A stretch of 24,331 nucleotides of DNA from Candidatus Adlerbacteria bacterium (GCA_043784715.1 JAYVXZ010000029.1:1-24331), one strand, 5' to 3'; shown: positions 1 to 8,681, counted from the stretch's first letter. A program made the numbers and translations. The notes: a model not told the origin generated them from the sequence alone.

Positions 1-576
1 GACATGCAAGATACTTTTTTTATCAAAGACAAACCGGGGTATGTGCTCCGCACCCAGACTTCGCCGGTGCAAGTGCGCTACATGGAAGAGCAGATGAAAA
101 AGAATATTACGCCGCCGTATCGCATCATCGTCCCCGGCAAAGTCTTTCGAAACGAGGCGACCGACATGACGCATGAAGCAGAGTTCTTCCAGCTCGAAGG
201 GTTAGCAGTGGGCGAGGATGTAACGATGGCACACCTCAAAGGTACGCTCGACAAGTTCTATAGCGAGTTATTCAAAGGTGCCGAAGTCGAAGTGCGATTT
301 CGCCCGAGCTTCTTTCCGTTCGTCGAGCCGGGTGTCGAGGTAGACGCACGCATTAACGGCAAGGATGTGCCTGAAAAGCTGCGCGGCCGCTGGATAGAGA
401 TGATGGGTGCCGGTATGATCCACCCGAACGTGCTGCGCAATGCCGGTGTCGATCCAACAAAGTACCAAGGCTTCGCGTTCGGCATGGGGCTCGACCGTCT
501 GGCGCTCCTTCGCTGGGGCATAGACGACGTGCGTCACATGCACTCCGCCGACCTTCGATTCGTTAATCAATTTTAA
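1..576 (+). CDS. pheS: Phenylalanine--tRNA ligase alpha subunit, 5'-truncated by the window edge
   Basis: DMQDTF, LRTQTSPVQ, PGKVFRNE, HEAEFFQLEG, FRPSFFPFVEPG and GFAFGMGLDRL motifs. The ATG at 4 is internal to the conserved DMQDTF motif. Confidence 0.98.
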   Translation, partial: DMQDTFFIKDKPGYVLRTQTSPVQVRYMEEQMKKNITPPYRIIVPGKVFRNEATDMTHEAEFFQLEGLAVGEDVTMAHLKGTLDKFYSELFKGAEVEVRFRPSFFPFVEPGVEVDARINGKDVPEKLRGRWIEMMGAGMIHPNVLRNAGVDPTKYQGFAFGMGLDRLALLRWGIDDVRHMHSADLRFVNQF

Positions 577-578
577 GT

Positions 579-2615
579 ATGCTCATTTCCCGAAACTGGC
601 TACAGACTTTTTTTTGTGATGATCTACCCGGTGCAGAGGAGTTGGAGCATGCGCTCATGTTCCATGCCTTCGAAATAGACGGTATCGAACAAAAAGGAAG
701 TGATTATATTTTAGATGTAAAAATAACGCCTAATCGCGGCCACGACTGCTTGAGTCATGCAGGTATTGCGAAGGAGATTTCGGCAATACTCAAACTTCCA
801 CTAAAATCCAACCCGTACGCAGCAACTGCTTCAGAAGATACTTTAGTAGCGTTAAGAACGGTCCCAGCGGATAAAGTATCTTCTGAAGCGGGGGCCGTGT
901 CTGATTTGGTGGGGACGGACGAAACATTTAATTTCTCCGCTGCAGGACATCAAGGGGACGCTGCGAAATCAAATGTTTCGTCCGTCCCTACTGCGGATGT
1001 TGTAGTGTCTATCGATACAGACCTTTGTTCGCGTTACGTTGCAGCGCATATTAAAGGTATTAAAGTTGGGCCTTCGCCGGATTGGCTCCGCGAGCATCTG
1101 GAGTCCGTGGGCCAGCGCTCTATTAACAATGTGGTGGACGCGACGAATTACATCATGTTCCACTTGGGTCAGCCGCTCCATGCTTTTGATGCAAGTAAAC
1201 TTGTTCAAAAAGAAGGAAAGTATGCTGTCTCGGTCCGTCCAGCGAAAGTTAGCGAGAAGATGCTTGCGCTGGATGAAAAAGAGTATGCACTCAATGAATC
1301 TATGCTGGTGATAGCTGACGCAAACGCCGACCGTGCAATAGGTATCGCGGGGGTTAAAGGCGGCATGCCGGCGGGGATAACCGAGGCAACAACGGACATC
1401 ATCATAGAGTCCGCAAATTTCGACGGCGTCTCGACGCGAAAGACCGCACAGGCTTTAAAACTTCGCACTGACGCATCTGCGCGATTCGAGCAAGTCATTT
1501 CGCCCGAGCTTGCAATGTGTGGCATGCACGCTGTGGTAAATATGATCCTCGATTTGGCAGGTGGCGAATTGCAGGGGATTGTCGACGTGTACCCCAACCC
1601 GCAGGAAAAGAAAACGGCGTCGGTGACGGTTGATAAAATAAACAAAATGCTGGGTATAATGCTCACCGGTGCGGAGGTTGCCAACGTGTTCCAGCGACTC
1701 GGGTTTGCCTACAAAGAGGTAGGCGGCATGTTCGAAGTTATGGTGCCCTTTGAAAGGCTCGACCTGGAGATAGCCGAAGACTTAGTGGAAGAGGTGGGGC
1801 GCATTGTTGGCTACGATCGCGTTTTGCCGATTGAGCTGCCGCCTTTGAACCAACCTATCGAAGTAAATAAGAACTTTTATTGGTCAGAGAAAATACGTGA
1901 GTTTTTGACTGTGCGAGGTTTTTCAGAAGTTTTTACTTCGGTATTTGCTGAAGAAGGCGAGCGTGTAGTGCTCAATAAAGTCGACGGCGTTAAGCCGCAC
2001 ATGCGCACCCAACTTGGACGAGGACTTATTAATGCGCTTACAAATAATAAACGCAACAAGGAATTTCTAGGTTTACAAAGAATACAGATATTTGAAATAG
2101 GAACAGTTTGGGTTAATGGAAAAGAAAAAATTACGCTAGGACTGGCGGTAGAAAATAAAAAAGGTGAAAAAAATGCAATTGGTACTCTTCTCGATCTTGA
2201 ACAGTCCTTAGGTGCTAATGTTTCCGAAAAAGATGGTGATCCTAGTATTCGTGAATGTTACCTAGATGATTTAACCCAAGGACTTCCTGAACCAAGTCAA
2301 TATAGCGATTTGCCGCTTTCACTCACTGAGCGCTATGAACTCTATTCAAAATATCCTTATATTGTCCGTGATGTGGCATTTTGGACTCCAATGGGAACTG
2401 ATGAAAAACACATCGAACAAACGATAAAAACTGAAGCGGGGGATTTATGCATCAAAATCTCGCGCTTTGACCGGTTCGATAAAGACGGCAAAATCTCACT
2501 CGCATACCGCCTCATCTTCCAATCCTTTGACCGCACGCTCGTCGAGACGGAAGTAAATACTCAAATGGAAAAAGTCTACGCGAAACTGAAGGCCGAAGGG
2601 TTCGAAATCCGCTAA
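579..2615 (+). CDS. pheT: Phenylalanine--tRNA ligase beta subunit (short type lacking the tRNA-binding OB domain), with a ~55-aa insertion
   Basis: Starts 2 nt after pheS. ITPNRGHDCLSH, INNVVDATNYIM..GQPLHAFD, LRTDASARFE, DLVEEVGRIVGY and C-terminal FDX-ACB (YPYIVRDVAF...SLAYRLIFQ) motifs. Confidence 0.97.
   Translation: MLISRNWLQTFFCDDLPGAEELEHALMFHAFEIDGIEQKGSDYILDVKITPNRGHDCLSHAGIAKEISAILKLPLKSNPYAATASEDTLVALRTVPADKVSSEAGAVSDLVGTDETFNFSAAGHQGDAAKSNVSSVPTADVVVSIDTDLCSRYVAAHIKGIKVGPSPDWLREHLESVGQRSINNVVDATNYIMFHLGQPLHAFDASKLVQKEGKYAVSVRPAKVSEKMLALDEKEYALNESMLVIADANADRAIGIAGVKGGMPAGITEATTDIIIESANFDGVSTRKTAQALKLRTDASARFEQVISPELAMCGMHAVVNMILDLAGGELQGIVDVYPNPQEKKTASVTVDKINKMLGIMLTGAEVANVFQRLGFAYKEVGGMFEVMVPFERLDLEIAEDLVEEVGRIVGYDRVLPIELPPLNQPIEVNKNFYWSEKIREFLTVRGFSEVFTSVFAEEGERVVLNKVDGVKPHMRTQLGRGLINALTNNKRNKEFLGLQRIQIFEIGTVWVNGKEKITLGLAVENKKGEKNAIGTLLDLEQSLGANVSEKDGDPSIRECYLDDLTQGLPEPSQYSDLPLSLTERYELYSKYPYIVRDVAFWTPMGTDEKHIEQTIKTEAGDLCIKISRFDRFDKDGKISLAYRLIFQSFDRTLVETEVNTQMEKVYAKLKAEGFEIR
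828..889. repeat. Perfect 18-bp inverted repeat inside pheT
   Basis: gcttcagaagatacttta (828-845) / taaagtatcttctgaagc (872-889), 26-nt loop. Confidence 0.95.
909..991. repeat. 21-bp inverted repeat (one G-T pair) inside pheT, stem extendable inward
   Basis: gtggggacggacgaaacattt (909-929) / aaatgtttcgtccgtccctac (971-991), then atttc/gaaat after one mismatch. Confidence 0.95.
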
Positions 2616-2618
2616 TAG

Positions 2619-2641
2619 AAAACCGCAGGTTAAACCTGCGG
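2619..2641 (-). terminator. Intrinsic terminator between pheT and the convergent small ORF
   Basis: ccgcaggt-taa-acctgcgg stem (2623-2641); AAAA at 2619-2622 gives a U-tract on the minus strand. Confidence 0.75.
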
Positions 2642-2782
2642 CTATCCAATCCAGCTTAAGACTGTTCTTGTTGCCATTCCAATGTATGGCCATGAAAACG
2701 CAAATCCCCATACACCTAGTGCTGTAAGAAAGTTTCCCAAGGTTGGTGGAGTTTGTGTTGTGCGAGAAAGATGCCCAAACAT
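2642..2782 (-). CDS. 46-aa hydrophobic peptide MFGHLSRTTQTPPTLGNFLTALGVWGFAFSWPYIGMATRTVLSWIG (not in the ORF track)
   Basis: AAGGAGGT SD 7 nt before ATG, upstream promoter, and a terminator directly after the TAG. Confidence 0.75.
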   Translation of the reverse strand: MFGHLSRTTQTPPTLGNFLTALGVWGFAFSWPYIGMATRTVLSWIG

Positions 2783-2807
2783 TCGAGGTACCTCCTTTTC
2801 TAGGGCT

Positions 2808-2835
2808 ACTCTACCACAAAAAGGTTAATTGCCAA
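2808..2835 (-). promoter_or_regulatory. Sigma70-type promoter for the 46-aa ORF
   Basis: TTGGCA-16-TAGAGT with TG extension (TGGTAGAGT). Confidence 0.6.
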
Positions 2836-2877
2836 GGCTTTTTGGTGAGTTGAGAACTTTCGCTAAGCCTTAAAATT

Positions 2878-2886
2878 TGATACAAT
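2878..2886 (+). promoter_or_regulatory. Extended -10 promoter for gyrB
   Basis: TGATACAAT 32 nt before the ATG; the leader has a small agcc-gaaa-ggct hairpin and no SD. Confidence 0.55.
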
Positions 2887-2918
2887 AAAAACATAAGCCG
2901 AAAGGCTCTATTTAGATT

Positions 2919-5042
2919 ATGGCTGACGAAAAAACAAAAAAACCGGCTAAAAGCACACCCGCCTCCGCCAAGGCTTCGGCGGGCACGTACGACGCGTCGT
3001 CTATTACGGTTCTGGAAGGTCTCGAAGCGGTTCGTCGCCGACCGGGTATGTATATTGGCACCACCGGTGTCGACGGCCTGCACCACTTGGTGTGGGAAAT
3101 TTTTGATAACTCACGCGACGAAGCTATGGGTGGCTTTGCCGATGATATCGAAGTGGTGCTACTCCCTGGCAACATTGTACGCACAGCCGACAACGGTCGC
3201 GGTATTCCTGTCGATATCCACAAGGCAACCAAAGTTTCGGCGCTCGAGACAATCATGACCACGCTCCACGCTGGGGGCAAGTTCGGCGGCGATGGCTACA
3301 AGGTCTCCGGCGGTCTCCATGGTGTGGGCTCTTCAGTGGTTAACGCGCTCTCGACGTTTCTTCGCGCCGAAGTACACCGTGACGGCGGCGCCCATATGCA
3401 GGACTATACGATTGGTAAAAAGAAGAGCCCGGTCAAAAAGATAGGCTCGTCAAAGCTCCACGGTACGGTTATTTCCTTTACACCGGACGACTCCATTTTC
3501 AACACTACCGACTTCGAGTTCGATAAAATAGTCTCGCACCTGCGCGAGCAAGCGTACTTGGTGAAAGGTCTTCGCATCACCATCATCGACGCACGGAAGT
3601 CCACCGTCAAAATCCCTGAGCCGGGCCATGGGCTCTACATTCGTCACCTCCTGTCGGACTCGCCATCGCAAACCTTCTACTTCGAAGGGGGACTCCGTTC
3701 TCTTATCTCCTTCCACAACCGCTACCAAAAGCCGGTCCACAAGAATATTTTTTATGTAGAGAAAGATTTTATCCCACCGGGCGGCAAAGACGGCGACGAA
3801 GTGCAAGTCGAGATAGCGCTCCAGTATGTTGACGACATCACCCAGCGCGTTTTCCCGTTCGCTAACAATATCTACAACTCCGAAGCGGGGACGCACATCA
3901 CGGGCTTCCGAACAGCACTCACGCGAACGCTCAATGCCTACGCTCGTAAAGCCAACGCGCTCAAAGATAACGAAGAGAATTTTACCGGCGATGACGTACT
4001 CGAAGGGCTGACTGCCGTCGTCTCGGTGAAGTTACGCGAAATTCAGTTTGAAGGCCAAACAAAAGGAAAGCTCGGAAGTGTCGAAGCACGCGGTGCAGTA
4101 GATGCGGTGTTTGCAGACGCGTTCTCGACTTTTCTTGAAGAATATCCCGAAGATGCACGGTACATAGTTTCGAAGTCGATGCTTGCGCTCAAAGCTCGAA
4201 AAGCTGCAAAAGCGGCCAAGGACTCGGTGTTGCGCAAAGGCGCTTTGGAAGGCTTCGGGTTGCCGGGTAAGCTTGCCGACTGCCAAACAAAAGATGCGAC
4301 AGAGTCGGAGATATTTATTGTGGAGGGAGACTCGGCAGGCGGCTCCGGCAAGCAAGGCCGTGACCGTCGCACACAAGCAATATTGCCACTGCGCGGGAAA
4401 ATCCTTAACGTCGAGCGCGCTCGCATAGACAAAATGCTTGCGAGCCAAGAAATCCGCTACCTCATTTTGGCGCTTGGTACCGCCATTGGCGACATCTTCG
4501 ATATATCTAAACTGCGCTACCACAAGATAATCATCGCTACCGATGCTGATGTGGACGGCGCGCATATTCGTACACTCCTTTTAACGCTCTTCTTCCGCCA
4601 CTTTCGTCCTATCATTGAAGGAGGCTACCTCTACATAGCCCAACCGCCGTTGTATAAAATAAAAAAAGGAAAGGAGGTTATGTACGCGTACACCGACGAA
4701 GAAAAAATTACATTCCTCGGTAAAGATGCAGCTGACGTTGTTGAAGGTGAGCCTGAAGAAGCCGAAGAGGGCGAACTCGCAACCGAAGCAGAGGCAGCTG
4801 AAGCCGAAGTAAAATCCCGAAAACCAAAGATACATATCCAACGCTACAAAGGTTTGGGAGAGATGAACCCTGACGAGCTGTGGGAAACGACTATGGACCC
4901 GGCAAAGCGCGTGCTTAAGCAGGTACATGTCGAAGACGCAGCAGACGCTGACCGCGTGTTCGACATCCTGATGGGTGAAGACGTCTCGTCAAGAAAGACA
5001 TTCATCCAGAGCAACGCTAAGATGGCGAATTTGGATATTTAG
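2919..5042 (+). CDS. gyrB: DNA gyrase subunit B
   Basis: LEGLEAVRRRPGMYIG, DNGRGIP, GGLHGVGSSVVNALS, FIVEGDSAGGS, PLRGKILN, TDADVDGAHI, QRYKGLGEMN. Confidence 0.98.
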   Translation: MADEKTKKPAKSTPASAKASAGTYDASSITVLEGLEAVRRRPGMYIGTTGVDGLHHLVWEIFDNSRDEAMGGFADDIEVVLLPGNIVRTADNGRGIPVDIHKATKVSALETIMTTLHAGGKFGGDGYKVSGGLHGVGSSVVNALSTFLRAEVHRDGGAHMQDYTIGKKKSPVKKIGSSKLHGTVISFTPDDSIFNTTDFEFDKIVSHLREQAYLVKGLRITIIDARKSTVKIPEPGHGLYIRHLLSDSPSQTFYFEGGLRSLISFHNRYQKPVHKNIFYVEKDFIPPGGKDGDEVQVEIALQYVDDITQRVFPFANNIYNSEAGTHITGFRTALTRTLNAYARKANALKDNEENFTGDDVLEGLTAVVSVKLREIQFEGQTKGKLGSVEARGAVDAVFADAFSTFLEEYPEDARYIVSKSMLALKARKAAKAAKDSVLRKGALEGFGLPGKLADCQTKDATESEIFIVEGDSAGGSGKQGRDRRTQAILPLRGKILNVERARIDKMLASQEIRYLILALGTAIGDIFDISKLRYHKIIIATDADVDGAHIRTLLLTLFFRHFRPIIEGGYLYIAQPPLYKIKKGKEVMYAYTDEEKITFLGKDAADVVEGEPEEAEEGELATEAEAAEAEVKSRKPKIHIQRYKGLGEMNPDELWETTMDPAKRVLKQVHVEDAADADRVFDILMGEDVSSRKTFIQSNAKMANLDI

Positions 5043-5066
5043 TTTTGAAAGAATACTGCCTTAATT

Positions 5067-5100
5067 AAAAACACCCACAGCCGAAGCTATGGGTGTTTTT
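5067..5100. terminator. Bidirectional terminator between convergent genes
   Basis: aaaaacacccacagc-cgaa-gctatgggtgttttt with A- and T-tracts on either side. Confidence 0.9.
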
Positions 5101-5116
5101 ATATTACAGGAAGTGT

Positions 5117-6151
5117 TTAGTATGCGAACGGAGTTGAAGCGAAGTTGTTGGATGCTTGTTCGCCACGGGTGATGTTTGAGTCATCAACCATAATTGAGAA
5201 GGTCTTTACATTGCCACCGTATGGATTGCTCGTGTCGCAGTAGTAGCTGTCGCACCCTGCTTGAGGGATATCGAAGCCCATGGTGTAGACGATTTTGTCG
5301 CCCGGGTACATCTTTTGCTGCGGTTGCGAAAGGAAGGTGTACATAGGGTCCGTCGGAAGGTCCGACGTAAACGTCCAGCCTGAACGCGCCACGTTCGTGC
5401 CGATGTTTTCGATAACGAACTGCGCAACATAGCGACCGTTGGCAGCAGGCGTAACCGAGAGGATGCGGACCGCGAGGTCGCTTGCACCATAGAGGTAACT
5501 GGTGCGGCCCGACGCGGTGTAGTTAGTTGAAGGAGTGCGAGGAGTCGCGACCGTCTTCACTTTGACCGGCGCAGGAGTAGGTACGGGAGTGGGTGTAGGT
5601 TTTGCAACTGGGGCAACCGGCGTTGCTGTTACAGCTGCTGCTTGGTGCGTTGGATTGACGGTCACCGAGCCGCTCGTGCTCGACGCAGTCATCTTGTTGT
5701 CTGCAAGGCGGTTGGCCGCAATGGTGAAGGTTGTCGTCACCGGCTGTGCTGTGTGGAGTACCGGGATAAGCTGCATGCTTTGCGTCGCGTTAGTGAAGTT
5801 AAATGGAGTGTTGCACGGCACGATTTGCATCTGGCCAGTTGGCACCGGCGCTGCGAAGGTGAGACCCTCGGCACATGCGTAGGAGATAACAAAGCCGTGA
5901 TTACCGCTACCATTCTTGTGTGCCCACGAAAGGGTAAACGGCTGGTCGGACGTGACTGCACTTGGTTGTGAAATCACCACCTGCTCTTGAGAAGTGCTCG
6001 AAGACGAGCCGCCGCCAAAACTGTTAAAGAAATCCGGCAAACCAACAACAAGTTGGATAATACCCCACGCACCCAGCACCAAAATAGCTATTAATCCAAT
6101 AATTGCGACAGCGCGAAGCGCCGAATCCTTAAATCCTGTTCTCTCTGACAT
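5117..6151 (-). CDS. N-terminally membrane-anchored surface protein: Ig-like domain, Pro/Thr linker, C-terminal CARDB-like domain
   Basis: TM AVAIIGLIAILVLGAWGIIQLVV; FTLSWAH Ig-type strand; PTPTPVPTPAP linker; SDLAVRILSV...QFVIENIGTN...PGDKIVY CARDB-like pattern. Confidence 0.75.
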   Translation of the reverse strand: MSERTGFKDSALRAVAIIGLIAILVLGAWGIIQLVVGLPDFFNSFGGGSSSSTSQEQVVISQPSAVTSDQPFTLSWAHKNGSGNHGFVISYACAEGLTFAAPVPTGQMQIVPCNTPFNFTNATQSMQLIPVLHTAQPVTTTFTIAANRLADNKMTASSTSGSVTVNPTHQAAAVTATPVAPVAKPTPTPVPTPAPVKVKTVATPRTPSTNYTASGRTSYLYGASDLAVRILSVTPAANGRYVAQFVIENIGTNVARSGWTFTSDLPTDPMYTFLSQPQQKMYPGDKIVYTMGFDIPQAGCDSYYCDTSNPYGGNVKTFSIMVDDSNITRGEQASNNFASTPFAY

Positions 6152-6157
6152 GCCGGC

Positions 6158-6166
6158 ACCCTATCA
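6158..6166 (-). promoter_or_regulatory. Extended -10 element, probably giving a leaderless transcript of the 5117-6151 gene
   Basis: TGATAGGGT followed by exactly 6 nt and then ATG. Confidence 0.5.
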
Positions 6167-6179
6167 TGTAGTGCGCAGT

Positions 6180-6208
6180 TTGTCAAGAGTTGTAAACAAT
6201 GGTAAAGT
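6180..6208 (+). promoter_or_regulatory. Sigma70 promoter for the sortase gene
   Basis: TTGTCA-17-TAAAGT with TGG extension. It overlaps the ATG at 6199, which argues for a start at 6238. Confidence 0.65.
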
Positions 6209-6237
6209 ACTTTTACAAACGCGAACGTCGCGACATT

Positions 6238-6969
6238 ATGGCAACACGAAAAGGCGTTATCAAGGAAGTTACAGCCCGCAGCGGCTCATTCTCGCTCGTT
6301 TTTTTGCTGTTGTTCGGGATGACCTTTGGTTTTTTGGCGCTCGTGGGTGCAACGCCAGACGCGCCCGGAACAACAAAGGACTCCGACCTAGCGCTCAACG
6401 GAAATGACACGCAAGTACATCCTCCCGTGGCAAACTCGGTAACTCCACAAACATCTCCAACGCCGCAAGGCTCGCAAACACAGCCAAACCAATATACTTC
6501 GCCGACACCAACCCCAACATCAAGCGGACAGTTGCCGACGCGTATTCTCGTCAAAAAAATTGGCTTAGACGTGACGGTCGCTAACCCAAACTCAACCGAT
6601 GTCGACGTGCTCGACCGCTACCTCCTCAAGGGGTCGGTGCGCTACCCAACCTCGGGGCTGTTGGGCCAAAACGGGACAGTGTTGCTTTTTGGCCATTCGA
6701 GCTACTTGCCAATCGTACACAACCAGGCCTACAAAGCCTTTGATGGCATCCAAAATCTTAAACCAGGGGATATAATCAGCGTCTATTCAGGCAGTGAGGA
6801 ATATCAGTTTAAAGTCACCGAAGTTAAAGTTGCGGACGCAAACAACGACATCATCGAGCTGCCACAAGATGCTCAGCACCTGACCCTCGTGACCTGCGAC
6901 TCGTTTGCGTCCAAAAGCAACCGCTACGTAGTGACAGCAGATTTCGCGGGTAGCTATGCGCAACGGTAA
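6238..6969 (+). CDS. Sortase (peptidase C60 family), membrane anchored
   Basis: N-terminal TM (FSLVFLLLFGMTFGFLALVG), P/T/Q linker, catalytic His (FGHSS), FxxLxxLxxGD-like FDGIQNLKPGD, LTLVTC Cys and NRYVV Arg. Confidence 0.93.
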   Translation: MATRKGVIKEVTARSGSFSLVFLLLFGMTFGFLALVGATPDAPGTTKDSDLALNGNDTQVHPPVANSVTPQTSPTPQGSQTQPNQYTSPTPTPTSSGQLPTRILVKKIGLDVTVANPNSTDVDVLDRYLLKGSVRYPTSGLLGQNGTVLLFGHSSYLPIVHNQAYKAFDGIQNLKPGDIISVYSGSEEYQFKVTEVKVADANNDIIELPQDAQHLTLVTCDSFASKSNRYVVTADFAGSYAQR

Positions 6970-7023
6970 CTTGGTACATCAAAGGTGAGCCTTTCAGGCC
7001 CTGTTTTTTGTATTACAACAGTA

Positions 7024-7051
7024 TTGACAAAAGTCAAATTTCATATATACT
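7024..7051 (+). promoter_or_regulatory. Sigma70 promoter
   Basis: TTGACA-16-TATACT. Confidence 0.7.
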
Positions 7052-7112
7052 TCCCCCAGACTTGGCACACTTGTGTGCAGAATTGACATCCGAATAGCAA
7101 AGGAAATAGGCC

Positions 7113-8618
7113 ATGTCCAGTACAGCAGTCCGAGCCTCCTCGCCTAAGGTTGTTGCGCATTCAATCGTAGCTGCCAGCAATGGCAGCCCGATAAAGATAC
7201 TCCTCATTGGGAACGACGTCGACGGTAAAGAGCTTACATATATCTGCACTCGAGCCCCGATCAATGGCACGATTGTCGTGACACCCGGCACGAACGGCAA
7301 GGAACTTACCTACACGCCAAATCATGGCTTCAAAGGTAATGACTTGTTCACGTACGTGGTGAACAACGGCACCGATGATTCTTCACCTCAGACAGTGACT
7401 GTCGAGGTCAAAGCTTCGGCTACAGCGACACCTCCTGTACCCCCACCTCCAACAATAAAGCTAACAGCCACTCCAAGAGATGTGGTGTGCGTTGTTGACT
7501 CATCCGTGAAGTTTACAGTTGTGGGCACAGGCCCAAGTGGGATGTGGTACGAGGTGAAGGATAAACCTTCACATGGGACAGTGACGAAAGACATTTCCCA
7601 AAAGACGGACGCGAACGGCTTCACCTACACTCCGAAGCCTGGCTACAGTGGACCTGACTCGTTCACCTATGTGGTGAACCATGGTACAGCGAAGTCTGAC
7701 CCTGCTACGGTGACCATCAAAGTTACTGCGGCAGCTACTCCGATACCTCCGATGGTTCCGACTCCGGCTGTAACACCGGTTGGAACCACCACTACGACCA
7801 CCACCACAAAGGGTGACCGCATGAAAATCTGGTGGAAAAAGCCGGGAAATAAGCTTAAGCTCTGGAAAGCATTACCCGTTTTGCTACTTGTCGTTGTGGT
7901 TTTGTTTTTCTTGCCGGCAATGTGCAGCGGCCCAACGCCAGTGAGCGAGAAGAGAAGTATGGAAATACCGCCGCTCAACTCGCCTCGTGCGCCTGAATCG
8001 ACTATGGATCCATTCCGCGGTCGGCAACCGGCGACCCTATCTGAATCTTCTTCATCAAGTGAGCTGACTCAGACGTTGAAGGATGGGTTTGCGAGCATGA
8101 CCAAAACTCTTGAAGGAATTGTTGGTGTCCAAAACCAACACGGTGTGGCCATCAAAGGCCTCACGACCGGTCAGGAGGAATTGAGGAAGGATGTTGCTGA
8201 CATTCGCAACAAGGTCGACAACCACGGCGCAAGATTGGAGTCGATCGAGACAGGGAAAGAAGCTGCCCCGAACTCCAACCCGCTCTTTGGTTCCCTAACT
8301 ATTCCTCGGGATGAATGGAAGCTGAATCTGCCTCAACCACCGGTGGTAGCAGCCAGGCCGACACCGCGTACGCAACCTGTGGTTCGCGAGCCTGTCCCCT
8401 CTGATGACTACCGCAGCCGCGCCTATGAAGGTGGGGGACCGGTGGTTGGCTGGGGCGCACGTTCTCAAGGATCACAACAGGTGCAGGTGGTTGGACGTTA
8501 TTCCAACGGCTCTGTTGCTGTGGTAAACAACCTTCCTCCCGGCATGCGTGCGTGTGGTATGCCAGGAAATGGTCACGAAATCGCGGCTCGGCTCCGCGCA
8601 ACTGGCAGTGCTTGCTAG
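7113..8618 (+). CDS. Membrane protein with two N-terminal Big_9/cadherin-like Ig repeats, a central TM, a coiled coil and a Pro/Gly-rich C-terminus
   Basis: Two repeats ending YTPxxG[FY]xGxDxFTYVVNxGT; TM LPVLLLVVVVLFFLPAM; heptad-like stretch ELTQTLKDGF...ARLESIE; no N-terminal signal peptide. Confidence 0.8.
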   Translation: MSSTAVRASSPKVVAHSIVAASNGSPIKILLIGNDVDGKELTYICTRAPINGTIVVTPGTNGKELTYTPNHGFKGNDLFTYVVNNGTDDSSPQTVTVEVKASATATPPVPPPPTIKLTATPRDVVCVVDSSVKFTVVGTGPSGMWYEVKDKPSHGTVTKDISQKTDANGFTYTPKPGYSGPDSFTYVVNHGTAKSDPATVTIKVTAAATPIPPMVPTPAVTPVGTTTTTTTTKGDRMKIWWKKPGNKLKLWKALPVLLLVVVVLFFLPAMCSGPTPVSEKRSMEIPPLNSPRAPESTMDPFRGRQPATLSESSSSSELTQTLKDGFASMTKTLEGIVGVQNQHGVAIKGLTTGQEELRKDVADIRNKVDNHGARLESIETGKEAAPNSNPLFGSLTIPRDEWKLNLPQPPVVAARPTPRTQPVVREPVPSDDYRSRAYEGGGPVVGWGARSQGSQQVQVVGRYSNGSVAVVNNLPPGMRACGMPGNGHEIAARLRATGSAC

Positions 8619-8681
8619 ACTAGCCTAAACTCGACCCGGTCGACCTCTCTTCTTGAGAAGTCTGCCGGGTTATTTGTTTAC

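Noticed and set aside
6199-6237. Sortase start at 6199
   Set aside because: This ATG lies inside the predicted promoter spacer/-10 region; 6238 fits better.
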